This document shows, piece after piece, positions 1 through 11,000 of a stretch of 64,000 nt of DNA (its first letter is position 1; each line of letters starts with the position of its first letter). The translations under genes and the position numbers were made by a program. The notes under the pieces were generated by a model that was not told the DNA's origin, searched no databases, and saw only the letters and a program-made list of their open reading frames with translations. The stretch comes from Acidobacteriota bacterium. Lineage in GTDB: Bacteria; Acidobacteriota; UBA6911; JACQSX01. The stretch spans positions 32,001 through 96,000 of the forward strand of contig DASXQR010000017.1 of assembly GCA_036507075.1 (NCBI GenBank). Direction: 5' to 3'.

Positions 1-51
1 CCTTTGCGTTCTTGGCGCTCTTGGCGGTTCAATCCCTTTAAATACTCGTGC

Positions 52-1464
52 TCAGCGCCCCCCGACAATATCCTCTAACCTCAAGGGGCCATCGCGGTCC
101 CGGTCCTTTGTCTTGTCGTGATAAGAGTGGCATTCCGTGCATCCGGAGCGGACACGCGTGGAAGAATTGTGGCACCGCAGGCACTCTGCCCGGCCGGGCA
201 AGAGGACATCACGCGTCTTCGTGCTCTCTCTCGCGCCACTGTGGCAGGAAATGCACTGAAGCATCCTGTGCGGTCCATGCGCGAATCGACTGTGGTCGTA
301 CCAGCGCACGCGAATTTCCGGATCCAACACTTGCGGCAGCCTTGCTGAGGCCCGGCTGGTGTCGCGGATAGGTGCGGCAGTCCTGTAATCCCGGCCGGGA
401 AGATTCTCCAGTAGATGGCATTCCCGGCAGCGGACGCTGAACAAATATCTTTCGGCTGAGGCGATCTGCCTTTCCATCCATGCCGGCAGGTTGCGCGGCG
501 CTTCTTCCACCATCATGCTGAGAATGGAAAGCTGGCGGGCGCGATTCCAGTCAACAGGACGTCTCCATTCATTGGGATTCTTACCCGCGTACTTTGAAAA
601 CGCGATTCGGATAAAAGCGTCCACGATTTCTGGTTTGCTGTGCGGCGCCTGCTCGTCGATGCGTTCCTCAAAGGCGAGGGAGTGGCACGTTTGACAGTCG
701 CGCTGGAAATTGACCGGAAGCATGTACGCTCTCCGGGCATCCAGGTGATGGCAGGCAACGCAATCCAGTTTTACCGGGCCATGCGGCCCGCGCAGGTCCG
801 GCCGAAGATGCAGTTGGTGGTTCAGCTTTATCTTGGCAAGATCGGCTGTCTTGTCGCGAAGGAGCCGAAATTCCGGATGATTGGCCTCAAAGCTGGTAAT
901 CGATTTTTCATACCCGAGGACGGGGCGAACGGGCGGCGCGACGGGTGACGAATTCCGCATTTGGAATGCGCCGGCAGTGGTGGATTTGGATTGGCCGGGG
1001 GCATCGCCGGCGACAATCGGCGCAGTCTTAAGCGAACTATGGCACTGCGTGCAGTTCTGGTCGGAGGCCTGTTTTAACTGGGATTCGCCCTTGTGCTCCA
1101 CGTGGCAACTGGCGCACGGCGGCTGTGCGCCCGCTGCGCCTTGGTATATCTGGTTGATGTGGTGGATGGGTCCCGCATGACATTTTTCGCAGGCCTGGTC
1201 ACTGACAGGGCGGTGGAAGCGCTCCTTCCTCGCGCCGGTGTGACAGGAAGCGCAGTCAGATTCTAAAATGGAATGTGCTGTAGAAAGGGGACCTGGGTTG
1301 TACAATTTATCGTCGCGCATCAGAGCGTAGGCCAGCAACCACACCATTGCCGCGACGAGTGCCGCAATCGATAACCATCGCTTCCAGTTGCGAAACGGAT
1401 GGGGCTTCTGGAAATAATTCAGTTCGATTCGCTGGGCAATCTGTTTGGTTGTTCGCTTGCGCAT
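52..1464 (-). CDS. Membrane-anchored decaheme c-type cytochrome (cytochrome c3-like repeats)
   Basis: 470 aa; N-terminal TM helix (WLSIAALVAAMVWLLAYAL); 10 CxxCH motifs (CASCH, CEKCH, CASCH, CTQCH, CVACH, CQTCH, CRECH, CISCH, CLRCH, CTECH). Confidence 0.9.
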   Translation of the reverse strand: MRKRTTKQIAQRIELNYFQKPHPFRNWKRWLSIAALVAAMVWLLAYALMRDDKLYNPGPLSTAHSILESDCASCHTGARKERFHRPVSDQACEKCHAGPIHHINQIYQGAAGAQPPCASCHVEHKGESQLKQASDQNCTQCHSSLKTAPIVAGDAPGQSKSTTAGAFQMRNSSPVAPPVRPVLGYEKSITSFEANHPEFRLLRDKTADLAKIKLNHQLHLRPDLRGPHGPVKLDCVACHHLDARRAYMLPVNFQRDCQTCHSLAFEERIDEQAPHSKPEIVDAFIRIAFSKYAGKNPNEWRRPVDWNRARQLSILSMMVEEAPRNLPAWMERQIASAERYLFSVRCRECHLLENLPGRDYRTAAPIRDTSRASARLPQVLDPEIRVRWYDHSRFAHGPHRMLQCISCHSGARESTKTRDVLLPGRAECLRCHNSSTRVRSGCTECHSYHDKTKDRDRDGPLRLEDIVGGR

Positions 1465-1480
1465 TTACCGAGCCCGAGAC

Positions 1481-2371
1481 TTACGTATATCGCAGCGCTG
1501 CCACCGCATGGACCGCCGCCAGAACCAGCAGCGCGAAAGAGAGGGGTACATGCACAAGGAGCCACCCGTGAAGAAGGTGATGCAGTCGAACTTGCCGCAG
1601 CAATTGACGTCGCTCTTCCACCATGAGCTGCAAATCTTCCAGTTGCTGGTGAAGCTCCGGAGGCAGGATCTTGCGTATCTGATCAAAAACATTCTCCGCG
1701 TTCTGCCTGGTTGAAAGTTTCCCTTCCGCGCGGGCCTGGTCGTGCAGAAACGGCTTTACTTCTTGCAGATAAAAATCGCGCAATGCCGCGTCCGCGGGAG
1801 TCTTTTCAGTCGGGATAGTCACAGTCTTTGGGCGAGCGGACGCGACCTCCATCACAAAAGCCTCGGCTGTGTTCTTTTCCACGATGGCATTAACCAGGTC
1901 ATCCGCTTCCTTCCGCAATTGGTCCAGCACATGATCAATCTGTTCGTAGATGGATTCCATCGGCAGTTGCTCGAGCATTATTCGGGGTATGACCTGCTGT
2001 AATGCGAGGCCTGCAACGCCGCTGATCACAATCACGGTGAACAGAATCATCAGTATTGTTGTAAGCGGACCACCCAGGGAAAAACCCGCATGGAAAAGGA
2101 TCATTGGATAACTGAGCAAGCCCAGCCAGACGTGCCCCTGCATCCAGGTGTAGAGCCGGCCTACCCGCATGGTGGGCTTTTTCTTGCGGGCGTTAAGCAG
2201 CAGCGCAAATAACATCATCGCCGACCCGACGGCGCCATAAATCAAACCCGGCTGGCTCCCGCCCGAAGGGCCCGAAGCGCTCCTGGAATAGGGAATATAC
2301 AGCACGCCTGCAATCGCAAGGATAATCAGGCTGGCCGTGATCCAGGGCTTGCTGTCTCGGTTGATGATCAC
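1481..2371 (-). CDS. Integral membrane protein, probable di-heme b (ferric-reductase-like) subunit
   Basis: About 5 TM segments; two H-x13-H pairs in TM helices (GHVWLGLLSYPMILFH, VHVPLSFALLVLAAVH); start overlaps the stop of the upstream gene. Confidence 0.7.
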   Translation of the reverse strand: MIINRDSKPWITASLIILAIAGVLYIPYSRSASGPSGGSQPGLIYGAVGSAMMLFALLLNARKKKPTMRVGRLYTWMQGHVWLGLLSYPMILFHAGFSLGGPLTTILMILFTVIVISGVAGLALQQVIPRIMLEQLPMESIYEQIDHVLDQLRKEADDLVNAIVEKNTAEAFVMEVASARPKTVTIPTEKTPADAALRDFYLQEVKPFLHDQARAEGKLSTRQNAENVFDQIRKILPPELHQQLEDLQLMVEERRQLLRQVRLHHLLHGWLLVHVPLSFALLVLAAVHAVAALRYT

Positions 2372-4545
2372 TGGCGTTCATGCTTGGCAGACGCAAATTG
2401 CGATCCGATGAGCTGCACGTCGAAAAATTCCTGCGGATCCACGCGGTGGGCGGCGTCATGCGGGCAGGCGTAGACACAACTGGGCTCCTTGTGGTCGGTG
2501 CAAAGATCGCAAGCAGTCGCCTTTTTTCTGATTGCAGTGCGGGTCTCACCGGTCACCGGATCTTTTTCCTTTACTTCGAACGGGTGCATGTTGATGTTGC
2601 CGTAGGGGCACTGCTGCGCGCACAAACCGCAGCCAATGCACCAGTCTTCAATGATAATCTCGAGGGACTCCTTGCGATGAATCGATCCGACCGGGCACCC
2701 CACCATGCAAAGCGGATCGCGGCACTGGCGGCACGAAGTCGCCACCAGATATTTGTCAAATCTCAAGCCATCCCGGATCAGACGCGTCACGCCGTCGTGT
2801 GCCGCCGCGCACGCGCGCACGCAGTCATCACAACGGACGCACTTCTCGAGATCCAGGATCAACAGGCTCTGCGCCTCCATCAGGCCCTGGCCGAGAAAGT
2901 CATTCAGCGACGCCGTCTTCAGGAGTGTGGCTTGCTGGCGATTGGACTCCGTGCGCTGGCGCGCGATCGCTTCCAGTTGACGGCGAATATCAGGGAAGCG
3001 CTCCAACATACTGTTAAAATCCTCTTTGGAAATGCGCAGCACTTCCACGTGGTCCAGCGCCGTACAGGTGGCGGTGCGGACCCCCTCTGCCAGCAGGCCG
3101 ATTTCGCCGAAGTATTGTCCGCGCGCGAGATAGGAAAGCACCAAGTCTCCACCCTCGTAATTCTGCGTGACCTTCACATGTCCGATGCGCAACAGGAAGA
3201 ATGACTCTGAAACATCCCCCTGCCGGCAAATGACCTCGCCCGGCTCAAAGCGGAGCAGCTCCACGCGATCTCTCAGGTAGTCTATGAACTCCAGGCTGAG
3301 GTTGCGAAACATAGGGACGCTCCGCAGGTGGTTATCCAGTGCGCGCTGGCGGTATGCCGCGTCCAACTGTGCCTTGAACTGCCGGTTCTTCTGCAGGATC
3401 TGCAAGACATTGCGCAGCATCTCCAGAACCACGCAGTCTTCAGCCGCGCGCGCGGTGGCAGACCTGGGATAGAAATTCAAGCAGGTCATCTCGCCGAACA
3501 GATCTCCCTCTCTGAGTTGAGCCACGGGATTGTCAAGCGGCAGGTCCACGGTGGCATCAACCGGGATGTAGGACTGGGCTGCCGCGTCCGATCTGGGATG
3601 GGCATCGGGGCGGGCGAGCAGGCTGGTCATCTTCTTGAACCAACTTCCCGGCCGGTCACGCTGTGTTCTTACATGCGACAGGGGAGTCTCCACAAAAATG
3701 TCCACCGTTCCGTGAAGAATATAGAAGGCAGTCGAGCCGAATTCTCCCTGCCTGCATATGATTTCCCCTTTCTTGAGGCTGCGCCTGACAACACCGCCTT
3801 CATTGCGGGCGAGAAACGCGCTCGAGATGCCCGAAAAAACCGGATATTCGAGCAGCTCTTCCGCACCCAGCGACTCGCCTTCTTCCAGTCTGGTCCCGAT
3901 CAGTTTGCTGGCCGTAATGGCCCCTGTGGGACAGGAGACCATGCATTCGCCGCAGTTTACGCAACTGGATTGGCCCATGGGCTTATCGTTGTCAAAGGAG
4001 ATGCTGGTAAAGTATCCCTTGCCCATGCGTCCGATTACGTCATTGTGTTTGACATCGGTACAGGCGCGCACGCAGCGGTCACAAACAATGCAGGCGCTGT
4101 GATCGATGGCAATTGTTGGATTGGAGCGGTCGCCTCCTTTGGAATAAGCACGCGGCGAAAATGAAGGGTGCTCGATCCCCATTTTTTGCGCCAGCACTTC
4201 GAGTTCGCAGTCGCCGTATTCTCTATGACGTTCACAGGGAACGGGGTGATCGGCCAGCAACAGTTCCACCAGTGTTTTTCGCGACTGCTCCACGCGGTCG
4301 CCGCGCGTGTACACCTTCATGCCGTTTTCAGCCTGACGGACACATGAAGCCGCAAATACGCGGGCGCCTTCCACCGCCACGACACACACCCGGCACACCC
4401 CCACGGGAGCGAGGTTTGGCTGGTGACAGAGCGCTGGTATGGAAATGCCCAGAGCCAGGGCGGCTTCCCACAAAGTTGTTCCTTCAGCGACGGTAACCGG
4501 TTTGTCGTCTATTGTCAGGCTGATCGTCCGCGCTTCCGTGCTCAC
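2368..4545 (-). CDS. Fe-S protein: NuoG/HoxU-like N-terminal module + two cNMP-binding domains + DmsB-like 4x[4Fe-4S] ferredoxin
   Basis: 2Fe-2S motif CHQ..GVCRVC..ASC; CIVCDRCVRAC and CVNCGECMVSCP; cNMP cassettes FGEMTCLNFYPRSATA and FGEIGLLAEGVRTATC; CVRCDDCVRAC, CRQCRDPLCMVGCP, CIGCGLCAQQCP, CDLC..PSCVYACP. Confidence 0.85.
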   Translation of the reverse strand: MSTEARTISLTIDDKPVTVAEGTTLWEAALALGISIPALCHQPNLAPVGVCRVCVVAVEGARVFAASCVRQAENGMKVYTRGDRVEQSRKTLVELLLADHPVPCERHREYGDCELEVLAQKMGIEHPSFSPRAYSKGGDRSNPTIAIDHSACIVCDRCVRACTDVKHNDVIGRMGKGYFTSISFDNDKPMGQSSCVNCGECMVSCPTGAITASKLIGTRLEEGESLGAEELLEYPVFSGISSAFLARNEGGVVRRSLKKGEIICRQGEFGSTAFYILHGTVDIFVETPLSHVRTQRDRPGSWFKKMTSLLARPDAHPRSDAAAQSYIPVDATVDLPLDNPVAQLREGDLFGEMTCLNFYPRSATARAAEDCVVLEMLRNVLQILQKNRQFKAQLDAAYRQRALDNHLRSVPMFRNLSLEFIDYLRDRVELLRFEPGEVICRQGDVSESFFLLRIGHVKVTQNYEGGDLVLSYLARGQYFGEIGLLAEGVRTATCTALDHVEVLRISKEDFNSMLERFPDIRRQLEAIARQRTESNRQQATLLKTASLNDFLGQGLMEAQSLLILDLEKCVRCDDCVRACAAAHDGVTRLIRDGLRFDKYLVATSCRQCRDPLCMVGCPVGSIHRKESLEIIIEDWCIGCGLCAQQCPYGNINMHPFEVKEKDPVTGETRTAIRKKATACDLCTDHKEPSCVYACPHDAAHRVDPQEFFDVQLIGSQFASAKHERQ

Positions 4546-6224
4546 TGCAGGCTTCCCTCCGCTTTAAAGCAGGTTCCGGAAGGACACGTGCGTCGCACCA
4601 TGTGCTCTTCGACTTCCTGGGGAAAATGTTTGATCACCGAAGTAATCGGATTGGCGACCACCTGGCCCAGGCCGCAAATGGAAGTCATCAATAAAGTGTC
4701 GGCAAGCCGGTGGATGGTTTCCAAATCCTCTTTCGTTCCGCTTCCGTGGGTAATGCCGTAAATGATATCCACCATTTTCTGAGAACCAACGCGGCAGGGA
4801 ACGCACTTACCGCACGATTCATTGCGGTAAAAACGAACCTCGTTGAGAGCCAGATCGATCATGCATGTGCCTTCGGCAATCGCCACGATTGCGCCCGATC
4901 CAAGCATCGCTCCGGCCTGTGCCAGTGTCTTAAAATCGAGCGGGATATCGGCCATCGATGCAGGCAAGAATCCAGAGGAAGGTCCTGACGGGGCAAAGGC
5001 TTTCATTTTTCTGCCGCCTGAAATACCGCCGGCCAGTTCGAAGATCACGCGAGAAGCCGGCGTGCCCATCGGAATCTCAAACACCCCGGGGTTATTAACA
5101 TGTCCGCTGACCGCCACCCACTTCAATCCGGTGAAATCTGGTGCTCCCTGTGCCTTGAACCATTCGGCGCCCTTGATCAAAATAACGGGCACATAGCAGA
5201 GAGTCTCCACGTTGTTGATCACGGTCGGCTTGTTCCACAAACCGTTGGTTACCGGGAAGGGTGGCTTGTTGCGTGGCTGTCCCCGCCGGCCTTCGATCGC
5301 TTCCAGCAGCGCGCTCTCTTCGCCCTGGATGTATCCTCCCGGACTGACGAAGACTTCCAGATCAAAATTCATTCCTGACCCCAGAAGGTTCTTTCCAATC
5401 AATCCATCGCCCCGGGCACGAGCGATTTCCTGCTGCAGTATCTCTATCTGTTCTTCGTATTCGTGGCGGATATAGATGATCCCTCGCTGGGCGCCGGTCA
5501 CCACGCCTGCTGCGATCATTCCCTCGATCAGCAGATAGGGAAGATTTTTCATGATTTCGCGGTCTTTGAAGGTTCCCACTTCGCTTTCGTCTGCGTTGCA
5601 AATGACGTACTTTTCTCCGGCGGAGGCGTTGCGAACCAATTCCCATTTCAATCCTGCCCCGAAGCCCGCGCCTCCCATACCTTTCAAGTTGGCCGCCTTC
5701 AACTTTTCGATGGTTCCGGTAAGGTCACGTGAAGAAATCAGCGTTTTCACAGCGCCATACCTTTCACGTTCGTCTGCATAAGGGTCGGTCAGAAATCTGC
5801 GGTTCAGGGGGGGGAATTTTTGAGGTTCGGGAAGGTTGCCTCGGATGGCTGCGCCGGCGAGTTCCAGCGCTTCGTCGATTGATTTCCGCGCGTAGATATG
5901 ATCATTGACGGCAAAGGCGGGGGCCCCGTCGCACTGGCCCAGACACGAGACCGGACGCACCACTACTCCTTCGGCATGCTGATCGCGTACCATCTGGTTT
6001 ACCTGCCGGCGCAGTTGGTCGCAGCCGTGGAGGTGGCAAGGCATGTCGGCGCAGATGTGGATCTCAACCGGAGGCGGAGGCTGCAGGCGAAAATGGGGAT
6101 AAAAGCTCGCCACGCCGTACAACTCATAAACGGGAACGCGGATCCGGGCAGAAAGCTGCTGAAGCTCCTTCTCGGGAATGTAGCCAAATCTATGCTGGAT
6201 GGCCCGGAGCTCGTTAATGATCAT
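4542..6224 (-). CDS. NuoE-NuoF fusion (HoxF/FdsB-like FMN NAD(P)H diaphorase subunit)
   Basis: Thioredoxin-like 2Fe-2S (CADMPC..SCLGQC); GMGGAGF, CNADESEVGTFKDR, GEESALLEAIEG, INNVET, ESCGKCVPCRVG, SICGLG; ATG at 6224 preceded by GAAAGGGA. Confidence 0.9.
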   Translation of the reverse strand: MIINELRAIQHRFGYIPEKELQQLSARIRVPVYELYGVASFYPHFRLQPPPPVEIHICADMPCHLHGCDQLRRQVNQMVRDQHAEGVVVRPVSCLGQCDGAPAFAVNDHIYARKSIDEALELAGAAIRGNLPEPQKFPPLNRRFLTDPYADERERYGAVKTLISSRDLTGTIEKLKAANLKGMGGAGFGAGLKWELVRNASAGEKYVICNADESEVGTFKDREIMKNLPYLLIEGMIAAGVVTGAQRGIIYIRHEYEEQIEILQQEIARARGDGLIGKNLLGSGMNFDLEVFVSPGGYIQGEESALLEAIEGRRGQPRNKPPFPVTNGLWNKPTVINNVETLCYVPVILIKGAEWFKAQGAPDFTGLKWVAVSGHVNNPGVFEIPMGTPASRVIFELAGGISGGRKMKAFAPSGPSSGFLPASMADIPLDFKTLAQAGAMLGSGAIVAIAEGTCMIDLALNEVRFYRNESCGKCVPCRVGSQKMVDIIYGITHGSGTKEDLETIHRLADTLLMTSICGLGQVVANPITSVIKHFPQEVEEHMVRRTCPSGTCFKAEGSLQ

Positions 6225-6399
6225 TTGTCCCTTTCGTGACGCTTCTTTAACTCTTGCGATCCGGTAAGTGTGGGAGAAGCAGGTCAAGCCAATAAAGGAA
6301 AACTACGCCGCCACTACCGAGCGAGTTTGACAGAAGTAGCTGAATTTTATCGCAAAGCAAGCACCACGTATGTAATAAAAATAGCGGAGGAAAACCAGC

Positions 6400-7746
6400 T
6401 TGGTTGTTCATCGCACCCTGAACATCGCCGCACGATGGATCATACTGTCTGCGATCGTCGTGTTTCCGCGTTTCCTGCTTTCTGAAAGTACTGAATACCG
6501 TAACACCGAACCTCAGACTGCCGGAGCCGCGGTGGCTTACACGGGAGCCGGGTCGTGTACGTCCAGTAACTGCCACGGCAGCGTGTGGCCCAGGACTGGA
6601 AGTCGCATCAAGCAGAATGAATACAAAATATGGTCAGGCAAGGACCGGCATGCCAAGGCCTACAACGTGCTTCTTGAGCCTCGCTCCAAGCTGATTGCGC
6701 GCAACCTGGGAATTGATCGGGCCGAGACCGCAGGCAAATGTCTCGACTGCCACGCGCTGAACGTTCCCACGGGCGAGCAGGCGAAGAGCTTTGATCTTTC
6801 CGACGGTGTAAGCTGCGAGTCCTGCCACGGGCCTGCGGCCGGCTGGCTGGGGCCGCACACAACACGAGGGCAGACCCATCAGCGGAACCTTGCCCTCGGA
6901 ATGTACGAGACAAAAGATCTGCCCAAGAGGGTAGAGCGTTGTCTTTCCTGCCACATAGGCACCGAGAAAAAGACTGTCGACCATGAAATGATTGCTGCCG
7001 GACATCCTGACCTCATTTTCGAATTGGACACATTCAGCGCCCTGATGCCGCCTCACTGGGAGGAGCCAAAGAGCGCCTGGCAGGGAATGCGCCGATGGGC
7101 TGTGGGCCAGGCAGTGGCGCTGGGAGCGTCAATGGAGCAGTTGGAACGCAGGGTTCGCGGAAGTCCCTGGAACGGCTGGCCCGACTTTGCTGACTTCGAA
7201 TGCTTTTCCTGCCACCATAATCTGGTGCTTCCGAGCGCGCGCCAGGCCCGCGGCTACCCGGGACGCGCTGGTATTCCTCTGTGGAATCCATCGCGTTACA
7301 TGGTATTTCGGCAAGTCGTGGCGGCCATCTCTCCCGCAGAGCGGCGCATTCTGGATCAACTGATCGAAGAACTGAAGCAGCGCCTTCAAAACGCCGGATC
7401 AGGCCGAACGTTTGTGGCGGAAACGGCATCGCGGATTGCGCAGTTGATGGATAACCTGGTTCCGCAACTGGGAAAGGCTTCATACAGCGAATCGCTCGCC
7501 CGCACCGTTATGCGGGCCATCGCTGCAGATGGTGACGCCATTTCCAACGCTGGAATGCGCTCCGCCGAACAGGCCACGATGGCGCTGGAAGCTCTGTACA
7601 ATTCATACGAACAAACCACGGAAAAAAACAACAAACCGCTCAACGCTCAAATCAGCCGCCTGTATGAAACGCTCCAGTCCACTTCAAGATATGATCCCGA
7701 ACAATTCGCAGCGCAATTGAAGCAAGTGCGCAACCTCATCCCTTAG
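6400..7746 (+). CDS. Exported multiheme c-type cytochrome (c554/c552-like N-terminal domain + helical C-terminus)
   Basis: N-terminal hydrophobic segment; CTSSNCH (CX4CH), CLDCH, CESCH, CLSCH, CFSCH. Confidence 0.85.
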   Translation: MVVHRTLNIAARWIILSAIVVFPRFLLSESTEYRNTEPQTAGAAVAYTGAGSCTSSNCHGSVWPRTGSRIKQNEYKIWSGKDRHAKAYNVLLEPRSKLIARNLGIDRAETAGKCLDCHALNVPTGEQAKSFDLSDGVSCESCHGPAAGWLGPHTTRGQTHQRNLALGMYETKDLPKRVERCLSCHIGTEKKTVDHEMIAAGHPDLIFELDTFSALMPPHWEEPKSAWQGMRRWAVGQAVALGASMEQLERRVRGSPWNGWPDFADFECFSCHHNLVLPSARQARGYPGRAGIPLWNPSRYMVFRQVVAAISPAERRILDQLIEELKQRLQNAGSGRTFVAETASRIAQLMDNLVPQLGKASYSESLARTVMRAIAADGDAISNAGMRSAEQATMALEALYNSYEQTTEKNNKPLNAQISRLYETLQSTSRYDPEQFAAQLKQVRNLIP

Positions 7747-7758
7747 TGGGTTCTAGAA

Positions 7759-8053
7759 GCGTCATTCGTCACGCGTCATTGGTCATGCGTCATTGGTTAC
7801 GCGTCATTGGTCACTGGTTGTCGACATCGGCCGTCCGTTGTTCGTGATGGTTGCTTACCAATTGAAAATCTTCCAAAACCCTCGGCGATATTGGACGTCA
7901 TTGAAACCGCCGCACTGCGCATTTGAGCAACCAGATTATATTTTTCTTCTGCAGGAAAAGTTGATGTGACTTCATATGACGAATGACATATGACGAATGA
8001 CGCTGTTGTCTGACCTCCGCTCTAGCTCCTGCCTCCCGCCTCCTGCCTCCTGC
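7759..8053. repeat. Inverted heptamer tandem repeats (GTCATTG/GTCATTC ... GAATGAC) plus CTCCTGC tandem
   Basis: GTCATT(C/G)GTCA units at 7759-7817, complementary ATGACGAATGAC units at 7976-8003, CTCCTGC-like x4 at 8026-8053. Confidence 0.75.
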
Positions 8054-8054
8054 T

Positions 8055-11000
8055 TCACGGAGAAGCATCGGTCACCGTGTAAAGTTTCCCGTCGCGCAGA
8101 TACATTCGCTGCATCTCCTTCAAATTCAGGGGACGTGCTCCACGGCGGCCAAAGACCGCGATCTGGTTGCCGCTTTCGTCTGCGGCGCGATCGCGGTCCA
8201 AGCCCTTTGATAATGCCACGGCGGGGCCTCGTGTGCGGTATGTGGCGATCAGTTCGGGAGCGGGCGCCGGGCTGAAGCCGTAGTTGCCTTCTGTTCTGGC
8301 CGGGGAGGTCAATTGCAGTACACGCAATCCGTTTTGGCCGTCAGCGATGTAAGCGTAAAGGCTGGCACTGGTCATGGCCACTTTCACCGCATGAGCATCG
8401 TTGATTTTTCCGCCGGCGTTGTAAGTCAAAAAGAGCCTGGGAAATTCCGGCCTTTCGATGTCGAGAATCACCAACCCGTTTTTGCCGGCAGCGACATAGG
8501 CATACGTCCGTGCCAGGTAAATATCGCGGGCATCTTCAAGGCGCACCGTCCCGCTTTCCACGGGATGCGCTTTTTCAGGAATAGTCACATCGACCACCTT
8601 CAGCCCCTGGTCGTCTATTATGAAAGCGTAGCGAAATTGAATCGCGACCGCTTTGGCCTTCGAGAGAAATGGGCCTTCGATGATGGATGCCACTCTTGGT
8701 TTCAGGGGATCTGTCAGGTTCAGTATCGCCAAGCCGCGATCGCAGGTGATGTAGACATAGTTTCCCGCAATCGCCAGATTGCTCGCGCCGTTGAGCAGGC
8801 CATTGGGATTGTAGGTGAGTGAGCGTTCCAGGAAGTTGTTGGTTGGGTCTCCGTCCAGCAGAGTCGCGGCGCCAACAAGGATCAATCCTTCGTACCTGTC
8901 TGTAAAAAAGATGTACCCGTAAATCGGCGCGGGAAGTTGTTCGTCGTTTTCCTGTCTGTGACTTCGCGCCGGATCCACTGCCAGGGTAGAGGGCGCGGCC
9001 ACGGCGGTCGCGAATTTGCTTTTCACGTAAAAGCGCTGACCCGCCGGCGAGACCGGCGCTGACACCATTCTTTCTGAAAACCCCTTGTGGTCGATCTGCG
9101 CCACGTCGAAAACTTCAAGCCCCCCCGGGCCGTTCGCCGTGTAGAGATATTCCCCGCGCAGCTGCAGGCCGGCGGTTTCGCCGTGGTGATGATAGGCTTC
9201 TTTTAGCTGCTCGCCACGCTGCCTGTGTTTCCGGTAGTTCTCAGGATAGGCAATGCGATGCAGCTCGCTGCCGATGACTGCCTGCGGCTCGTCCCGCTCG
9301 GTGACGACGACAGCCTCGAACCCGTGTTTCTCTTCTCCCACATAGACGAACCTTCCCATGAAATTCACAAAATTGGTTCCCTGCATCAGCAACTGTGCCA
9401 TCACGGCATTGTTGTCGTTGTACTTTGAAACGTGGCAATCCGTGCAGGTCTTTGTCTCCGCGGCCCTCACTGTGTGCGGCACGTGGGTGCTGAACGCCTG
9501 GCCGCTGAAACCTTCGGCTGAGACAGTTTGCTGTTGTGAATAAACCCACTCGCGATTCCCCGTCTGTGAGGCAACAAGAACCGCGCTGCGTGATGCCGCG
9601 GGCGCCACACGGTGGCCGGTTACAGTGCCGTCGATTCCCAGCATATAGACATCGTCGCGAACGACTTGAAAGTTGTAGGAAGTCCAGTTTCGGGTGGTCT
9701 GTCCTTCGTTGTGCAGCATCGGTCGTTTCTTGTTTGCAGTCATCGACAGGTGGCACCCAAAACATCCGGTCATCCATGAGGAATGGCACGCGTAGCAGGT
9801 CATGCTGGAGTTGGGATGCGCCAGCAGTTTTTCATCTGCAGGTACTCCCCAGGTGGTTCCGTCCTTCTGAAGAGTTTTGGCCAGCCGGGACTTCTCACTG
9901 TAATGAGACAAACCGGGCGTGACCGAGTCCAATGTCTGCACGATTTCCCACTCCTGCCCCTCCTTGACCATGGAACGCTGGATTATCCTGTCTCCGATGA
10001 CCTCAAAGCGTTTCCGGCCCCAGGGAGTACGCAGCGTGCTCAGGTTTGTTCCCTGAGGCGGCGCCGCAAAGCCGCTGGTCTTGAGCGTGGTACGCTGCGT
10101 CACGGTCCCGTGGCAGTCAGTGCAGTCGATTTCAATGGCGCCACGCGGCTCGTTATAGAGCTTGCCGTTGCCGTGTGCGTCCTGCTCAAAGTGGCAGTCG
10201 ACACAGTGCATTCCTTTCTCCAGATGGATATCCTTCAAATGCACTGCCTTTCTGAATTTGTCAGGATCGCTATGAGGAACAATCTTGCCGTCTTTATCAA
10301 GCAGGTTGCCCTTTCGATCCTGTTTGTATACGGCGCGAAAGACCCAGCCATGCCCGTGGAAATCGGCAAATTGCGTGCGCTTCAGTTGCGGATTGAGATT
10401 GGTAAGATCCGCCAGGAATTGGGGATCGGACCAAAGGCCCCGGATTGCCGAGCCTTCAGGATTGCGCTGCTGAATCTCGGCCACCTGGTTGGGCGAAAGT
10501 TTCTTTTCCCTGGACGGATACATCAGTTCGCCATCGGTCTCGTTGTCCCACCAGGTGTATCCGAAGTAGGTGCTCACCATGTTCGTGCCCGGATGCATAT
10601 GACACACCATGCACTGGCTGGAGGGGATGGAGCGGGTCAGGCGATGGCGTATCGGATGCCCGGATTGATTTTTGGGAATAGTGGGATCGGGATTTGCCGT
10701 GCGTCCTGAATTTCCATAGACCGCATAAGCGCCCGAATGCAACGGCGAACGATCGTTTGCGTAGATGACGTGGCATGCAGTGCAACCGCTGTGTCGGTAA
10801 TCGCCGGGCTGATCGTTCGTACCCGGAAAATGCAGTATCGGATCGAGCAGTCTGGTCTTCTGCAATCCGAGGAATACCGGGTCGGTGCGATTGGCGGTTC
10901 CGAATCCCCGCACACTGAGGTTTTTGTCCGGCTTGCCGGGCTCTTCCTCCGGATTTGGAATCCCAATATCCGGCACCCGCAAGCCGCCGCGTTCAAATAC

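Noticed and set aside
1..29. Possible terminator or RNA gene at the window start
   Set aside because: It is the right arm of the CTTGGCG 9-mer repeat family (compare 45507-45543), truncated by the window edge.
2368..6224. Annotation as complex I (nuoEFG), [FeFe]/[NiFe] hydrogenase or formate dehydrogenase
   Set aside because: No H-cluster, NiFe or Mo/W-bisPGD catalytic domain and no other nuo subunits nearby; only the diaphorase/Fe-S module is shared.
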